Below, in pieces: positions 33,086 to 37,039 of a stretch of 37,039 bases of DNA (the first letter of the stretch is position 1; the number at the start of each line of letters is the position of its first letter). The notes under the pieces are model-generated. The model searched no databases, was not told the DNA's origin, and was given only the letters and a program-made list of their open reading frames with translations. Made by a program: the position numbers and the translations under genes. Source of the DNA: Phoronis australis (taxonomy: Eukaryota; Animalia; Phoronida). Location of the stretch: the NCBI GenBank assembly GCA_002633005.1, contig NMRA01001098.1:1-37039 (forward strand), read 5' to 3'.

Positions 33086-34800
33086 CACTTTAGCCATCAG
33101 ACTGCAGTTATCTACATTTGTCCCATCTGTTCTCATTTTGCAGACAAAAATGACAGGAACTCATATTCATATTCTTAAACATTTATGAAATGAAAACTAA
33201 TGATGATAACTGGATGAAAAGTTGACAGGATAAGCAAGGCACCTGACACTTTACAAATATATGTTCAGCTGATCAGTATGGGCATCAGATGTGGAGATAA
33301 TTCCAGGTAAAGTGCACCATTACAGGTAATTTTTGACAAAGTATGAAATAAAGATATTGATCAGAAAAAAACATATCTTTTGATTATATTGGTTCAATAC
33401 TATAAACACCGAGTCCAGTCAACAACTCGACGTTACAAAATCACAATAATGAAAGGTAAGACGATAAAAGAAGGAAGTCTGCGATACATGCATGTGAGTG
33501 AGTTCAAATTGTGCCTAAAATATTCTGATCATAAGAAACAAGTCATGAGCATATATGTTGTAGAAAGTCTCTCAATAATGAAAAATAACAGGTGACTAAT
33601 TTTGCATAACTTCTACTGACTTCAGCAATCTAGAGGTGCGCACAGGTGTGGTGATGCGAATAACACTGTCTGAGCAGTTACATGCTTATTTCAACATATT
33701 AGAAAGCAGTCTGAGAACATTTGTCATGGTAGCTTGTAAATTAAACAACCATGCAAAGAGATATGTCACGAAATTCGCATTTAAAACAAGTTTAAGTTTT
33801 CAGTCCCGAAGCAGTTGTTCGGCCACTGCTAGAGCACTCCTGACAGACCTTTCTCCCATCAATTTTACGATTTTGTGCACTGACATGTCTCCTCCATCAC
33901 TTGAAGCACCAGCACTGGATCTTCTTCCCGTCTTGTGTTTTCTGCTAGAAAAGCGATTCAAAAGTTGCTCAACAATGTCCATTCTAAATTCTAAATGGAT
34001 ATAACCTTTCGGAGGGGGATCCTTGTGAGATTGCTTGTACATAATAAAAGCATTGACAATAGATAGGTTAACGGCAAACCAGATGAGGTAACACTACCAT
34101 TTCTTTCCTGCCCGTCCAACTGGATAGTAGGAGGAGCGATACTGATCAGAGACTCCACCCATGTGCTGATTGGTATCAGAGTTGACGGTAGGTTTGCCCT
34201 TACCTGCGAAAGGCTGTGAGCAAGTAGAGACGAAGGTGAATTGTCATTTATCTTTATATACTGCGACAGTCATTCCACCTTTCTGCTGTTGCATCATGTC
34301 ACCTTGTTTTTTCAATTTCACTTTCCTCACTTCTGTTGGCAGCCCTATACGGTTATTCATGATGGTTGCACATGAGTACGTGTCGACCAACTTGAGATGT
34401 TCGGCTAACGCGACAGAGGAAAAAACCGATCACAATAAAGATGATGTCCTTTTTGGTGAAAAGTTTGGGACAAATTCCAGACAACGTCATATCCTAGGCC
34501 ATGCTCTCTTTTGCTATCTTGTTTTTTTTCACTGTAAACTTCAAAGTTTGAGCAATAACTAGTTGAAGCTTCACATAACTCCCAAACTTTGATGCCCTGC
34601 TTATTTGGTTTGGCGGGCATGTATTGACGCAAAAATATTGTCCCTTAAAACCAATCATTGCCTTGTCAATACTTAGATCTTGATCTGGGCAATAGTTCTT
34701 CAAAAATTTCTCACAGACATCATTGAGCACTAGCCTGATTTAATATAGCGGGTCGTAATCGGGGTTTTCTCGGGCAGGTGTGTTAGCTGTGTCAACCGTG
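33086..34800 (-). mobile_element. piggyBac (PGBD4-like) remnant 2
   Basis: YDPLY*IR, LSIDKAMIGFKG, RQYMPAKPNKQGIKVW, HHLYCDRFF, NQHMGGV, GKKW, VNAFIMY. Probable terminus TTAA|CACTTTAG at 33082-33093 truncates the BEL element. Confidence 0.88.
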
Positions 34801-34809
34801 TGTTGTAAA

Positions 34810-34898
34810 CTGTCTGGTCACTCAGGAACTTATGGAAGGAAAATGACAATTTTTCCTTGGACGACTTACTGCACAGCGGCACACAACAATGAACCATG
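34810..34898 (-). pseudogene. THAP-domain N-terminal fragment (transposon-derived)
   Basis: MVHCCVPLCSKSSKEKLSFSFHKF, the classic THAP start, truncated before the W and C-x2-H residues. Confidence 0.7.
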
Positions 34899-35029
34899 TT
34901 TACGAAGAGGGACAGGTGGCCTCGTTTTGTTGTGGATCCATTTAAATATGTTCTCTTGCTTTCTAAAACTCCATTTGTGTTCTCAAAAAGTGGAAGTCTA
35001 TTCAGATGGGCACAATCCCCAAGTGAAGA

Positions 35030-35570
35030 GGGGCGCAAAATATGCTTGGCCACATTGCCATCATTAAGCTCCTCACACAATTGCAGGGTATAGTCCTTCA
35101 TTTTAGTATTTGCACCAGTCAACTTACGGTGTAACAGAAATGAATTCATGTGCACGATGTCAATCAAGAACCAAAATAGCTTGAGATACCACAAGAGACC
35201 TCTCATTAGCCGCTTGTGGGAGTTGATTTGTTGGTTAGACAAATCAACTCCATCCATGTGAGCATTGTATTCCGCTATCACAACTGGCCAGCTCACATCA
35301 ACTTTTGCAAATTGACCATTGACTCTGGTTGATGGGGACACAGTCGAATGCCTCACACAATGGAAGCGTCGCCAACACGGTTACAAGTTTCTTGGCCATC
35401 CATGCTGTTGCAGTGAATGAGCCTTTATACCACAGGTGCGCATCACCTCGCTTCATGGACTTCACTATTCGTGTGACCTAGATTCCAAATTTGGTTGACC
35501 TATTTTTTTCAAAGCAGTGAATGCCACGTAGCAAATAGTTATTGAACACCTAAGGGAGTTGTAAGTTTCA
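35030..35570 (-). mobile_element. piggyBac remnant 3
   Basis: KSMKRGDAHLWYKGSFTATAWMAKKLV, PVVIAEYNAHMDGVDLSNQ, WYLKLFWFLIDIVHMNSFLL. Confidence 0.85.
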
Positions 35571-35599
35571 ATTCTGAAGAAAAGTGAAAAATAGAGAGC

Positions 35600-36264
35600 A
35601 TTCTGATAAAGTGTTGTTGATAATGTATCATAAACCATGGAATATTCATATGCATCACTTGATTAATTGATACCTGATTCAATTGGAGCTTCCAGTCCAC
35701 TGAAACTGGGTGTGTCTGTAAACAATGCAACGATTTTTTTCTCAGCCTCCTCCATGGGTTTGGGGCGAGAACCTCCCGTTTTCTTCACCTCTCTTTGCAG
35801 TTGGTTCTGTGAGGCTCTCGCACCAGACACCATGTGCCTCCACTTTTCCTTTGTGTCATACGTTGTTCTGTTTGCTGTTCCCAGACTTGTGATTCTAGAA
35901 GCTATATCTTTCCAAACAGAGTTCTTTTCGGCCTTCGTCACCGTGTGACTGAACTTGCTGTTAATTACTTGCAAATTCGACTCGGCAAGTTCAGTCAGAA
36001 GGTTGATTTCGTGCTTTGTCCAATTACAAGATCTTTTCTTTTTAGCCATTTTGTCTGTGCCATGGTAACAGGAATTATGGGTATTGCCTTTATATGGTAT
36101 ACAATTTGGCTATCCACCGTATAACATAGATATCTGCCGGATAGTTATCCGAACCTTATCCAAGCTATGTGCAACCGAAATTTAACTATCTGGCATATAA
36201 ATCTTATCCGGCGTATAAGCTCTTATCCGCTGGATAGTTATACAGACTTTTATGCAACCGGGCC
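35600..36264 (-). mobile_element. 5' end of a PIF/Harbinger transposon
   Basis: Minus strand CTG|GGCCCGGTTGCATAAA at 36264-36267. Subterminal ttatcc/ggata repeats at 36110-36240 precede the Myb ORF. The other end is not found. Confidence 0.75.
35674..36049 (-). CDS. Myb/SANT-like (NAIF1/MSANTD-type) DNA-binding protein, exon 1 of a Harbinger accessory gene
   Basis: aaaATGG start. KKRSCNWTKHEINLL...KNSVWKDIASRI...RTTYDTKEKW...KKTGG. Uninterrupted to a probable donor CAG|GTATC at 35674/35673. Confidence 0.8.
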
Positions 36265-36267
36265 CAG

Positions 36268-37039
36268 GTGTGCATCACCTCACTTCACTATTTGCGACAT
36301 ACTATTCATGCAGTCTTTTGGCAGATCTTTACGATTTGCTCTGACTGTCCCACAAGCCAGCGTCCCACGTGCTAAGAGGGACTCGAACAATGGGACACTT
36401 GTGTAAGAGTTATATGTATAGGTGATGGCCAACGTTCATAAAGGGCACGGTTAGTTGTATCATGACATCTGTCACTCGTGTGTTGTTCCGTTTTCAGTTA
36501 CATTTTCAGTTTTGCCAGTGTAAACTTTGAGGTTCATCACATAGCCTGATGAACTCTCAGCAATGACAAACACCTTCAAACCCTACCTAATTGGTTTGTC
36601 CTTCATAAATTGTTTGGAACCGAAGCGAGATTTGCATGCGTTCATTAACTCATCAACAGATATTTCTCCTTCTGCTGCATACAGTTCTCACCATTGAAAC
36701 AACACTATCCAAGACTGGTCTCACTTTTTACAGTTTATCGTACAAAGGATTGTCCTTGTTCGTTACCGCAGTCTCATTGTTCTGAAAATGTATTTACCAT
36801 AATATTGCTAAAAACCTATCATGTGACATTACCGCGCGAATCCCTGGTGTCTCCCTAAGCCAATGGGTAGTCCAGTAATCCTTCAAGTTTAGTTTTTTGT
36901 TAAGTCCCATAGAAATGAACAGTCCCAATCATCCTTTTAATTCTGTAACTGATAAATCAGTCCATTTGTCCTTGTATTTAGCAGGGTTTTTCTGTCTCTT
37001 GTCTGGCATACAGGTTCGTCTTTTCCACAATACCACATA
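36268..37039 (-). mobile_element. piggyBac remnant 4 (runs off the window)
   Basis: LKDYWTT..ETPGIRAVMSHDRF, YDKL*KVRPV, VDELM, KQFMKDKPIR*GLKVF, SGYV, YTGK, YTSVPLF, ACGTVRANRKDLP. Confidence 0.88.

Overview
Eukaryotic (animal, most likely marine invertebrate) genomic DNA from a draft assembly, about 40% GC, with an N-gap at 1335-1367 and a single N at 32568. The only clear host genes belong to a tandem SLC52 (riboflavin transporter family) cluster on the + strand. One is a complete but strongly divergent two-coding-exon gene (11928-13211 + 16745-16966, about 501 aa). The other is the intact last exon (6325-6522) of an upstream paralogue whose first exon must lie left of the window. The rest is transposon-derived. 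There are many small non-autonomous DNA elements with readable TIRs and TSDs, a Helentron-associated element carrying a satellite array inside the SLC52 intron, and two tRNA-like Pol III heads. From about 18.3 kb to the end there is a nested TE graveyard: L1/Tx1 ORF2 split by a TTAA-flanked Kolobok/THAP element; piggyBac > Kolobok > 7-bp-TSD element > second Kolobok fragment; a young BEL/Pao LTR fragment; three more piggyBac remnants; and a Harbinger end with an intact Myb/SANT exon. No prokaryotic-type system (CRISPR, operon) is present. All family assignments come from motifs recognised by eye, not from database searches.
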